64,000 bases of DNA, from positions 1,280,001 to 1,344,000 of the forward strand of contig CAXXXD010000003.1 of NCBI GenBank assembly GCA_963663385.2, written 5' to 3'. Each line of letters opens with the position of its first letter. The stretch's first letter is position 1. Shown here one piece after another: positions 29,182 to 37,923 of this stretch. The stretch comes from Oceanispirochaeta sp. GTDB taxonomy: Bacteria > Spirochaetota > Spirochaetia > DSM-2461. The notes under the pieces are model-generated. The model worked only from the letters and a program-made list of their open reading frames with translations. It was not told the DNA's origin and searched no databases. A program made the position numbers and the translations under genes.

Positions 29182-30669
29182 GTGAAGAGACTCTTCGGCT
29201 TACAGAACCACATATTACAGAAATCCATTAAAACGTCGAGCATTCGTAAAATCACCCGTACATCCTATGCCATCATTATTATACTCATGATCATTCCACC
29301 GATCATCAGCCTGGCATCCTCATGGTTTCAGACTCTCAGGTATGACCGGATCATTACAAACGTTAGCCGGACGAACAGACTCAACCAGATTGTCAAAGCG
29401 GATATTTCCAATGAAATCTGGGACATAGTCGCTGGTAACAAGGAATTTACCGAAGGGAATCAGTACGACATCATTGAGGATATCAATTCCAGTCTCGATG
29501 AAATTTTTCAGAATACCCAATTGATTGAAAGCCGGCAGATGCTTGAAGTCGCAGGGAGGGCGATGAACACCCTGACGAAATACGTCGATATTCTGGGAAC
29601 TCAGATGAAAAATGATTATCCGGTTACCGAAAATATGAAAATTCTGGATGAAATCAGGGGAGTCGCCGGTCTCGTTCTGGAGATTTTACAGGATTTTATC
29701 GTGCTGGAAATAGAATCGGCGGCTGTTACAAATGAGCAGATAAAGCAAATCGCCGTTATTCTATCGGCGATTCAGATTGTAATCGTTCTATTTGTCATGC
29801 TGTTTTCTATTCTTGCTCAGAGATCGGTAACGGGAAATATTAATAAACCGATCCGGGACCTGGAATATCTGTCCAGTCAGATCGCAGCAGGTAATTTATC
29901 CGCCCGAGCCAGTATTCCTAATGTGAAAGAACTGGATAATCTGACTTTGAACCTGAATACTATGGCGGAAAAAATCAAGGAACTCATCGATACAAATATA
30001 CAGGAGCAGAAAAACCTGCAGAAATCGGAAATGAAGGCGCTCCAGGCGCAGATTACTCCTCACTTCCTGTACAACACCCTGGATTCGATCATCTGGCTTG
30101 CCGAAGGCAAGCAGTACGATCAGGTCATCTCAGTGACCAGGAATTTTTCCAGTTTTTTTCGAACGTCATTAAACAGGGGAAAAGAGTGGACGACAGTACA
30201 GGATGAATTAAAGCATATACGAAACTACCTGGCCATTCAGAAAATCAGGTATCGGGATATTCTCGAATTTACAATTGATTGCGATGATGCAATGGAGAAT
30301 GGGCAGATGCTGAAATTACTTCTTCAGCCCCTTGTGGAGAATGCATTATACCATGGTATAAAAAACAAACGGGGACGTGGCCAGCTGTCTGTCCGCGGAT
30401 GGCTGGAGGAGGAGTTCCTCCTGTTTACCGTGGAAGATGACGGCATCGGGATGACCGCTGAGCGCCTGGAAGATATTAAATCGCAGATTGCCAGTAATAA
30501 TGATGCGTCTAATAATAATGAGTCTACAGTAAACGATGTATACGGTTTGTATAATGTCAACAAGCGTCTTGCTTTATACTACAATGGCAAGGCGACTCTT
30601 GAAATTACCAGTGTTTATACAGAAGGTACCTCAGTCACCATCAGACTACCGGAGAATATCAATGTATAG
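29182..30669 (+). CDS. YesM-type sensor histidine kinase (HAMP plus His_kinase)
   Basis: Two TM helices, HAMP, ALQAQITPHFLYNTL, LQPLVENA, VEDDGIGM, YGLYNV; likely GTG start at 29182. Confidence 0.9.
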   Translation: MKRLFGLQNHILQKSIKTSSIRKITRTSYAIIIILMIIPPIISLASSWFQTLRYDRIITNVSRTNRLNQIVKADISNEIWDIVAGNKEFTEGNQYDIIEDINSSLDEIFQNTQLIESRQMLEVAGRAMNTLTKYVDILGTQMKNDYPVTENMKILDEIRGVAGLVLEILQDFIVLEIESAAVTNEQIKQIAVILSAIQIVIVLFVMLFSILAQRSVTGNINKPIRDLEYLSSQIAAGNLSARASIPNVKELDNLTLNLNTMAEKIKELIDTNIQEQKNLQKSEMKALQAQITPHFLYNTLDSIIWLAEGKQYDQVISVTRNFSSFFRTSLNRGKEWTTVQDELKHIRNYLAIQKIRYRDILEFTIDCDDAMENGQMLKLLLQPLVENALYHGIKNKRGRGQLSVRGWLEEEFLLFTVEDDGIGMTAERLEDIKSQIASNNDASNNNESTVNDVYGLYNVNKRLALYYNGKATLEITSVYTEGTSVTIRLPENINV

Positions 30670-32257
30670 TGTTTTTTTAGTTGAAGATGAGATTGTAACC
30701 CGGGAAGGTATCAGGAACAGCATCCCCTGGAAAACAACACCGTATACCCTGGCGGGAGAAGCTCCGGATGGAGAAATAGCCTTACCCGCCTTGCGGGATA
30801 TCAAACCTGATATTCTGATTACGGATATCAAAATGCCATTTATGGACGGTTTAGCCCTGGCACGCATTGTCAAAAGAGACCAGCCGTGGATCAAAATTAT
30901 CATACTGTCCGGCCATGATGAGTTCGAGTATGCCAAACAGGCTATCTCCATTGGGGTTGAAGAGTACCTCCTCAAACCTGTCTCCGTTGAAGATATGCTT
31001 TCCTCCCTGGATAAAGTGACCAGGGAAATCGAAAAAGAAAAGGTCCGCCTGGCCAGTATCGAAAACTTAAAACAGAAAATTCAATCCTCCGATGATATTC
31101 TCCGGAAAAAATGGTTATGCGATTTAATCACTGGACAGATCAACACCATAGATGCCATAGAAATCGCACAGAAATCCGATATCGATCTTATTGCCAGCGG
31201 ATATGTAATTATTGTGGTTGAAGTCTTTACCTTCTCAGAGGATTACACCCAGTTTGCCGTAGTCAAAGAGATTATTGAGACTATACTGCATAACCGAAAA
31301 GATTTCCTTTTATTTCCTCAAAGCATGGAAAAACTGATAATCCTTGCCAAAAATATATCTGAGGAGACAAAGGATGAGATCATTTACACCCTTGCCCAGG
31401 GGATAAAATTCGAGACAGAACGAAATACCCAATGCAGTCTGGCTATCGGCATAGGATCTGTCGTGAATCATATAGGAGAAATCATCCATTCCTATAGTGA
31501 TGCTGATAAAGCAATCCGTTATATGCGGCTGACGGGGAAAAAAAATATCATCAGCGCGGGTGACATGAAATGGAACAGAGCGGACGGCTCTCTACCCGCA
31601 GAAAGGGATCATTTTACAGAAAGAATCCGCTTTGCCATGCAGGAGGATATCCCGGGGATACTCACCCGGTATATAGACATCATAGGCGATAAATCGCGGG
31701 GAACTGCTCATTCAGGTTATTTTACAATCGCTTACTGTGATATTATCGACTCGGTGTGTTCCCTGATAGAGGACCTTCAGGGCAATCCCAGGAGTGTTGT
31801 TCCCGAATTTTATGATAGAAACCATATTGCCGAGCTCGGCATTTCACAGCTTCAGTTTTCAGAAAAAGCAGGAATATTGATTGAGAAATGGATTTCCTAC
31901 AGGGATTCCCAGATCCATTCGAAGCACCATTTAAGAATTCGGGAAGCCAAGAGATTTATTGACAATGAGTATCTCAGGCAGGATCTCTCGTTGTACAACG
32001 TGGCCTCTCATGTGAACGTGAGTCCGAATCATTTCAGCACGATCTTCTCACAGGAAACAGGAGAGACGTTCATCGAGTACCTGACGTCAGTTCGCATAGC
32101 TAAAGCCAAACAGCTGCTCCAAAATAATAAGATGAAGTGTTCTGATATTGCCTTCGAAGTCGGATACAGCGATCCACATTATTTCAGTTTTATTTTCAAG
32201 AAGAATACCGGAGTATCTCCCAGGGTATTCAGAGCGTCTGTCCAGACTTCGAACTGA
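30662..32257 (+). CDS. YesN-type response regulator (receiver plus AraC HTH)
   Basis: FLVEDE, ITDIKMPFMDG, YLLKP; C-terminal VGYSDPHYFSFIFKK.TG.SP; start at ATG 30662. Confidence 0.9.
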   Translation: MYSVFLVEDEIVTREGIRNSIPWKTTPYTLAGEAPDGEIALPALRDIKPDILITDIKMPFMDGLALARIVKRDQPWIKIIILSGHDEFEYAKQAISIGVEEYLLKPVSVEDMLSSLDKVTREIEKEKVRLASIENLKQKIQSSDDILRKKWLCDLITGQINTIDAIEIAQKSDIDLIASGYVIIVVEVFTFSEDYTQFAVVKEIIETILHNRKDFLLFPQSMEKLIILAKNISEETKDEIIYTLAQGIKFETERNTQCSLAIGIGSVVNHIGEIIHSYSDADKAIRYMRLTGKKNIISAGDMKWNRADGSLPAERDHFTERIRFAMQEDIPGILTRYIDIIGDKSRGTAHSGYFTIAYCDIIDSVCSLIEDLQGNPRSVVPEFYDRNHIAELGISQLQFSEKAGILIEKWISYRDSQIHSKHHLRIREAKRFIDNEYLRQDLSLYNVASHVNVSPNHFSTIFSQETGETFIEYLTSVRIAKAKQLLQNNKMKCSDIAFEVGYSDPHYFSFIFKKNTGVSPRVFRASVQTSN

Positions 32258-32264
32258 CAAATCA

Positions 32265-33338
32265 TTAATTTACGGTCTTAGCCTTGCCCTTCAGCCAGGG
32301 AGGCAGGGTGATTTTAATGTTTTTTTTGTCACGCATCGACATAACAACGCTTTGCAGGACGATAAAGAGATACAGCAATAGTCCGCTTATTATCGCCTGG
32401 TAATTTGACTGGACACCTCCCGCCCTGATCAGTTCATTGATTATCAGAAGGGTCAGTGTGCCTATTGGCGCACCAAGCAGGTTACCCACACCGCCGTTGA
32501 GCAGAGTGCCACCAATGATGGCCGAAGCTATGGCTTTCATTTCGAATCCCACCGCATTTCCGATGTTACCGGCTCCCGTGGTCATGATAAACACAAAGCC
32601 TGAGATTCCGGCGGTCAGTCCGCATATCACGTAGGTGAAGAATTTCGTTCTTTTCACATTGATGCCTAGCATTCTGGCACTGTGTTCATTGCCGCCCACA
32701 GCGTAGACATTGCGCCCGAATCGGGACCATTTCATAAAGGCAGCAAGGAAAACAACAAGGATCACGACAACGATCACACCCGGTTTTATCTCCAACGGGA
32801 TGAAAACTCCCAGTCTGTTAACACGTCCAAGCCAGGGAACCACAATATCAAAATCCCTCAGGGAAACGAATTCGGGCCTGGTTACATTGATCGGATCTTT
32901 ATGGAGTGTTGTAAGCAGTCCCTTTCCCAGAAACAATCCGGATAGTGTAATGATAAACGGCTGTATCTCAAGATAGGCGATAAGATATCCCTGCAGGAGA
33001 CCGAAAGCGGTACCGATGCTCACCGCCAGAAGCAAGGATCCTCCAATGCTCCCACTCTCCGATTCCAGCAATACGGCACAGGCCATGGTGACCAGTCCGC
33101 ACACCGAACCGATTGAAATATCAATACCTCCTCCGATCATAACAATACACAACCCCAGGGTCATGATGATCAGCGGAGCATTCAGGCTGAACAGATCAAA
33201 GAAGGTCTGAAACTGCATGAAACTGCCCGGGAAGCTAATAACGGCAGACACATACATCAGTACGAATATACCTGAGGCAATTAAAAAAAGAAGATTGGAA
33301 TTCGATAGTCGGGTTTTGGCTTTGGTATGAGATTCCAT
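32265..33338 (-). CDS. Sugar ABC transporter permease (YjfF-like)
   Basis: GGIDISIGS, IQPFIITL, FGRNVYAVGGNE, IGGTLLNGG; start ATG 33338 after GAGG. Confidence 0.88.
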   Translation of the reverse strand: MESHTKAKTRLSNSNLLFLIASGIFVLMYVSAVISFPGSFMQFQTFFDLFSLNAPLIIMTLGLCIVMIGGGIDISIGSVCGLVTMACAVLLESESGSIGGSLLLAVSIGTAFGLLQGYLIAYLEIQPFIITLSGLFLGKGLLTTLHKDPINVTRPEFVSLRDFDIVVPWLGRVNRLGVFIPLEIKPGVIVVVILVVFLAAFMKWSRFGRNVYAVGGNEHSARMLGINVKRTKFFTYVICGLTAGISGFVFIMTTGAGNIGNAVGFEMKAIASAIIGGTLLNGGVGNLLGAPIGTLTLLIINELIRAGGVQSNYQAIISGLLLYLFIVLQSVVMSMRDKKNIKITLPPWLKGKAKTVN

Positions 33339-33339
33339 A

Positions 33340-34416
33340 CTATTCCTCCGTTGCTGTTTCAGTTGTGCTTCTCTGGGAAACAGTTTTAAAAACACCCCAG
33401 TTACTGACTCTCTCAATGTTTTTCCTGGCAAAAGATCTGACAACAGGTGAGGCAACGACCATGAGGATGATAATGAAAACCGCTTTGAAGGCGGGAATCG
33501 TCTCGGGTAATACCTCCAGTCTGAGTAAGGTTCTGTTTAACACCTCGATTGTGTAGGCTCCGAGAATAGAACCGGTGATGCTGAATTTGCCGCCGATCAG
33601 TGAGTTTCCGCCGATAGCTACGGCTAGTATCGCGTCCATCATGATCAACTTGAGAAGATTGACACTGTCGTGTCGGCCCGCTTTGTTTACAGCAATGAAT
33701 CCTGCAACAGCGGTACAGACTCCCATTATTAAAAATGTCAGGAATATGATTTTTTTCGGGCTGATACCGTTCAGTCGTGCCGCACCGGGATTTATTCCAA
33801 CAGACTCCACATAAAGCCTGAGATTCGTCGTCTTAAGCACCACGGCGAAGATCGCAATAAAGACGACGGTCAGGATTATAGACGTCTGAATCGGGACGCC
33901 CGGTATGACCGTGCCGATTTGATTCGATATATCGTTCGCCAGTATGGGTGATAGTTTTCCGTCGATCATAAAAGCGATGGATCTGCCGCCCGTAAACAAT
34001 ATGAGAGTTGCCACCATGGGTTGAACATTAAATACCGAAACCAGGACGCCGTTGAAGGCTCCCACTAGTAGTCCGGTCAAACAGCTTAAGAGGAATGCTC
34101 CCACTATAGTGAAAAGAGTGACATCCCCGCCTGCTTTCAGGACGAACATGACAAATACGGCGGATGTAATGGTGGATGCCACACCGACGCTGATGTCCTG
34201 CCCCTGTGAGGCCGCAGTCACCAGGGTCATGCCAATCGTCAGAATAACCAACTCAGAGGCACCGAACAGGATATTCGGTATGTTCCCGTATAAGGCTCCG
34301 TTGACCACGGTGATGCTGAAATAATCAGCCCCTTTGATCAGATTTATAATAATAAGCAGTACCATTACAGAAAGGGGGAGGAACAGATGAGAGGCGTGTG
34401 ATCTTATCTTACACAT
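33340..34416 (-). CDS. Sugar ABC transporter permease (YtfT-like)
   Basis: DISVG, QPMVATLIL, ESVGINP.AARLNG, DAILAVAIGGNSL.GGKFS. Confidence 0.88.
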   Translation of the reverse strand: MCKIRSHASHLFLPLSVMVLLIIINLIKGADYFSITVVNGALYGNIPNILFGASELVILTIGMTLVTAASQGQDISVGVASTITSAVFVMFVLKAGGDVTLFTIVGAFLLSCLTGLLVGAFNGVLVSVFNVQPMVATLILFTGGRSIAFMIDGKLSPILANDISNQIGTVIPGVPIQTSIILTVVFIAIFAVVLKTTNLRLYVESVGINPGAARLNGISPKKIIFLTFLIMGVCTAVAGFIAVNKAGRHDSVNLLKLIMMDAILAVAIGGNSLIGGKFSITGSILGAYTIEVLNRTLLRLEVLPETIPAFKAVFIIILMVVASPVVRSFARKNIERVSNWGVFKTVSQRSTTETATEE

Positions 34417-34418
34417 AA

Positions 34419-35921
34419 TTACTCTCCTCCCTGGGCTATTTTTTGCATGACATCGTTTTCTGTTATATCTATTCCACTGAGTTCCCCTACAATTTCACGA
34501 TCCTTCATAACGATCATCCGGGAACAGGTTCGGATCATTTCTTCGATTTCTGAAGAAATGAATGTCAGACTCATACCTTCTTCGGCAAGTTTCACCACCA
34601 GCTTCTGAATGTCCACCTTGGTTCCCACATCGATTCCCCTTGTGGGTTCATCGAGAATAAGATAATCAGGGTGTGTGAGGAGCCAGCGGGCCAGAATAAC
34701 CTTTTGTTGATTGCCTCCGGATAGAGTTCTGATCGGTGTCTCGGAGGAGGGTGTTTTGATTTTTAATCTCTTTATGTACTCATCCGCGAATTCTTCAGCC
34801 TGCTTCCGCGAAAGTGGTCTGAAAAAACCTTTCAGAACCTGATAGGCCAGTATGATATTGTCGCGCACGGAAAGCTCTGCCACAATGCCGTCTCCCTTGC
34901 GATCCTCGGGAAGATAGCCTATTCCCTGTTTCATGGCTTGGATGGGCGCTTTGATCTTTGTTTTTTTACCTTTCATTCTAATCTCACCGCCCGTCACCTT
35001 GTCAGCAGCAAAAATGGCACGGACACTTTCGCTGCGTCCCGAGCCGAGAAGCCCGGCGAAGCCGTTCACTTCTCCTTTTTGTATGGTGAAGTTGAAGGGC
35101 CTGACTCCTGCATCGCTGGAAATTTCTTTTGCTTCATAAACGGGCACGTTGGAACCGGATTCAGGCGGCTCATGTTTTTTTATCTTGGTGACATCATCAA
35201 GATTTTTCCCCATCATCTTCGCGATGAGTTCAATTTGGGGAAGAGACGATGTTTCATATTCACCGATCAACCGTCCATTGCGCAGCACCGTGATCCTGTC
35301 TGAGATTTCGTAAACCTGCTCAAGAAAATGAGTTATGAAGATAATTCCAACGCCCCGGGCTTTGAGCTGGCGCATGAGATCGAAAAGCTTCTTCACTTCG
35401 TCTTCGTCAAGGGAGGAGGTGGGCTCGTCCAGAATAAGAATCTTGCAGTCCATATCCACCGCACGGGCAATAGCTATCATCTGCTGGATCGCCAGGGAAC
35501 AGCTGGTCAGCTCCTGGGTCGGACTCGCGGGAATCCCGAGTGAACCGAGCAGTTGCGCCGCCATTTCGTTCATATGCTTCCAGGAGACAAAGGGATTACG
35601 GCCCCGGCCGATAAACATATTCTCCGCCACCGTCAGATTGGGACAGAGGGTTATCTCCTGATAGACGGTGCCTATCCCTGAGTCCTGGGCTTCCTGGGGT
35701 GATTTAAAGTGAATCGGGGTTCCATCAAGGACAATACGTCCGGCGTCCTTTTCATAAACCCCGGTAATGACCTTAATCAGTGTTGATTTGCCCGCTCCGT
35801 TTTCGCCCATTACAGCGTGGATTTCTCCCCTGCGGAGTGCAAAGTCAACAGCATCCAGAGCTAATACTCCGGGAAACGATTTGCTGATACCTTCCATTTC
35901 GAGTATATACACAGGCTCCAA
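34419..35921 (-). CDS. Sugar ABC transporter ATP-binding protein with two NBDs (YtfR/RbsA-like)
   Basis: GENGAGKST, ILDEPTSSL, GLLGSGRSE, LSGGNQQKV, DEPTRGIDVG. Confidence 0.92.
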   Translation of the reverse strand: MEPVYILEMEGISKSFPGVLALDAVDFALRRGEIHAVMGENGAGKSTLIKVITGVYEKDAGRIVLDGTPIHFKSPQEAQDSGIGTVYQEITLCPNLTVAENMFIGRGRNPFVSWKHMNEMAAQLLGSLGIPASPTQELTSCSLAIQQMIAIARAVDMDCKILILDEPTSSLDEDEVKKLFDLMRQLKARGVGIIFITHFLEQVYEISDRITVLRNGRLIGEYETSSLPQIELIAKMMGKNLDDVTKIKKHEPPESGSNVPVYEAKEISSDAGVRPFNFTIQKGEVNGFAGLLGSGRSESVRAIFAADKVTGGEIRMKGKKTKIKAPIQAMKQGIGYLPEDRKGDGIVAELSVRDNIILAYQVLKGFFRPLSRKQAEEFADEYIKRLKIKTPSSETPIRTLSGGNQQKVILARWLLTHPDYLILDEPTRGIDVGTKVDIQKLVVKLAEEGMSLTFISSEIEEMIRTCSRMIVMKDREIVGELSGIDITENDVMQKIAQGGE

Positions 35922-35955
35922 TCCAAGTCCTCCTTGATGCTATACAGACTAATCA

Positions 35956-35993
35956 CGGTGCGTTTTGCAAAGACTTTTCCGCACAACGCACCG
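35956..35993 (-). terminator. Intercistronic stem-loop after the binding-protein gene (partial terminator or mRNA stabiliser)
   Basis: CGGTGCGTT ... AACGCACCG stem with no strong U-tract. Confidence 0.5.
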
Positions 35994-36033
35994 CACATAC
36001 AAAATTTCAATTGTAAACTGTACTATTCCGCGA

Positions 36034-37020
36034 CTATCTTGTAATCACGCCCTTGCCGGGGTCAGCATTGATTCCCCACTGGTCAATGATATCGTCGGTT
36101 ATCGTATCGGTAGTGACCAGCAGTTCTTTCTGATATTGTATACCACTGGGAATGTTTCCGCTTTCAATCCACTCGGCAATCTGAGCTGCCTGGCGGGGAT
36201 TACACTGCATATTGGCATTCCAGTAACCTTCCTGAACATTTCTGAGTGCAAAACGGTTAAAGTCAAAACCGATTACCTTAACCTTGCCATCCTTGCCATG
36301 GGTGATGCCGGCTGCTTCGAGGGCCTGAACAGCGCCTTGAGCCATACCGTCGTTCTGTGCATAGATGACATTGAAGTCCTTACCTGCTGCAATAGCCGCT
36401 TCAACAACTTTGCGGGCCTCTTCAAGACTCCAGCTGTCACCACCAGTTCCATCGGCCACTATATTGAGTCTATTTTCATCTGCGGCTTTAAGTACGGCAG
36501 CACTGCGGCCTATTTCTGCCGCGGAACCCAATTGCCCCCGAATAAGAACCAGATTGGTTTTATCCATATCCTGGTCCAAAACCCATTCTGTCGCCATATT
36601 ACCTTCATATTCCATATCAGAGACAAGAGCTGCCTGATAGTTTGATGGATCTGTATCAATTAAACGATCAAAAAGAATAACCTGAACACCCGCATCTTTT
36701 GCTGACTTCAGCGTGTCGTCCCATCCTGATGCGTTGGCCGCCGAGATCAGAAGATAGTCCACTCCGTCTCGAATATACCCTTTGGCCGCAGCGATCTGCT
36801 CACTGTTGTCGCCGGTATTGGTCTGCTTTGCGTCATAACCTTTGTCTTCAGAGAAGACATTGTTCATGGCATCAACATTGGCCTGTCGGTAGCCGGATTC
36901 TTCCGGCGGCAGGTTAACAATACCAACTTTAATCAGATTGGATTCCTGCTGTCCTCCGGCAAACAAAACTACCGGACCTAATACAAGTAATACAACCAGG
37001 ATAAATAGAACTTTTTTCAT
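36034..37020 (-). CDS. Sugar ABC transporter substrate-binding protein
   Basis: Spirochaete-type signal (LFAGGQQE), ESGYRQAN, GWDDTLK, YAQNDGMA, QCNPRQ; ATG at 37020 after GGAGG. Confidence 0.88.
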   Translation of the reverse strand: MKKVLFILVVLLVLGPVVLFAGGQQESNLIKVGIVNLPPEESGYRQANVDAMNNVFSEDKGYDAKQTNTGDNSEQIAAAKGYIRDGVDYLLISAANASGWDDTLKSAKDAGVQVILFDRLIDTDPSNYQAALVSDMEYEGNMATEWVLDQDMDKTNLVLIRGQLGSAAEIGRSAAVLKAADENRLNIVADGTGGDSWSLEEARKVVEAAIAAGKDFNVIYAQNDGMAQGAVQALEAAGITHGKDGKVKVIGFDFNRFALRNVQEGYWNANMQCNPRQAAQIAEWIESGNIPSGIQYQKELLVTTDTITDDIIDQWGINADPGKGVITR

Positions 37021-37476
37021 GTAATCCCTCCTTAGGGTACAAAGTCTCGTAAATGAGATCAAAAATAATATTTCAGGCTAAGTTCCAATAGAGAGATTAC
37101 CTCTCACTATTATTTTCCGGGAACAACGGGTTTTACCCAGTCTGAATTTTTTTTAATCAGTTTTTGCTGCAGCTTCGCATTGCGTATATTGCATCTTATG
37201 ATCTCCCATTTCAGAAGTACATGAGGTCTTTTATCAGTTTTTGTATAAAATCTTCGCTATTTATAATTTGAAGGAAACGATGATGTAAAAATGTGAGCTT
37301 TATTACGCAAATCTTTCAATTTTTTCCGATTAGCAGTTCTGTAAAGAAAGAAACAGAACATGAAGGTATCTTAGTCTATAGGCGCTTTTTCTATTATTTT
37401 ATTATTTTCTGCAATGGAAGAGGTATGATTTTACTGTATGTTAGTATTTTAAAGAGATTGTAATTCACTTACAAAG

Positions 37477-37567
37477 AAAAAACCGGCCGCTCACAATACT
37501 ACTGCCTCAAATGTACAACGATTTTTAGTGTACACCTTCGTGTTACAGTAGTAATGATTGCGCCGGT
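37477..37567 (-). ncRNA. Candidate structured RNA or long terminator downstream of tRNA-Thr
   Basis: 86-nt imperfect hairpin (ACCGGC/GCCGGT, TCAT/GTGA, TACTACTG/CAGTAGTA, inner TGTACA pair) followed by a U-tract on the minus strand. Confidence 0.4.
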
Positions 37568-37616
37568 CTTCCGGTAGCCTTATAGCTTAAATTATTACTA
37601 AATAAGCATTTATTTA

Positions 37617-37688
37617 AGCCAAAAGTGGGAATTGAACCCACGACCTACGCTTTACGAGAGCGTTGCTCTACCCCTGAGCTATTTTGGC
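37617..37688 (-). tRNA. tRNA-Thr (anticodon CGT), CCA not encoded
   Basis: GCCAAAA acceptor stem, TAGCTCAGGGGTAGAGC D-arm, ACGCT-CTCGTAA-AGCGT anticodon arm, GTGGG-TTCAATT-CCCAC T-arm. Confidence 0.95.
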
Positions 37689-37705
37689 AATAAATAACGG
37701 ACTCA

Positions 37706-37733
37706 ATTATACATTGTTAAAAATATTATGCAA
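37706..37733 (-). promoter_or_regulatory. Promoter for tRNA-Thr
   Basis: Minus strand TTGCAT-16 bp-TATAAT. Confidence 0.6.
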
Positions 37734-37827
37734 TAGGGTTGCCCCAGAAAAAGTACGACCGAAGGAATTCTTCTCTGGGCACATCCAGCGGCAGTTATAG
37801 CTGGGATTCCTTTCCTCTTAAATTTAC

Positions 37828-37849
37828 AGCCAAAAGTGGAATTTGAACC
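37828..37849 (-). repeat. Degenerate direct repeat of the tRNA-Thr 3' end
   Basis: AGCCAAAAGTGGAATTTGAACC versus tRNA AGCCAAAAGTGGGAATTGAACC (20/22 identical). Confidence 0.8.
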
Positions 37850-37923
37850 AACTCTATTACCTTTTGATTTGATAACTATTCAACAGTTCTATTAAAAGCC
37901 CTAATTTGCTATAACTATAATCA

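Noticed and set aside
30493..30525. Short AATAATGA duplication (SNNDASNNNES) in the kinase
   Set aside because: Tiny in-frame low-complexity loop in the ATP-lid region with no evident significance.
35965..36645. 226-aa plus-strand ORF and the many other antisense or nested ORFs in the track
   Set aside because: They lie opposite or inside well-supported genes and have no recognisable motifs or RBS; treated as shadow ORFs.
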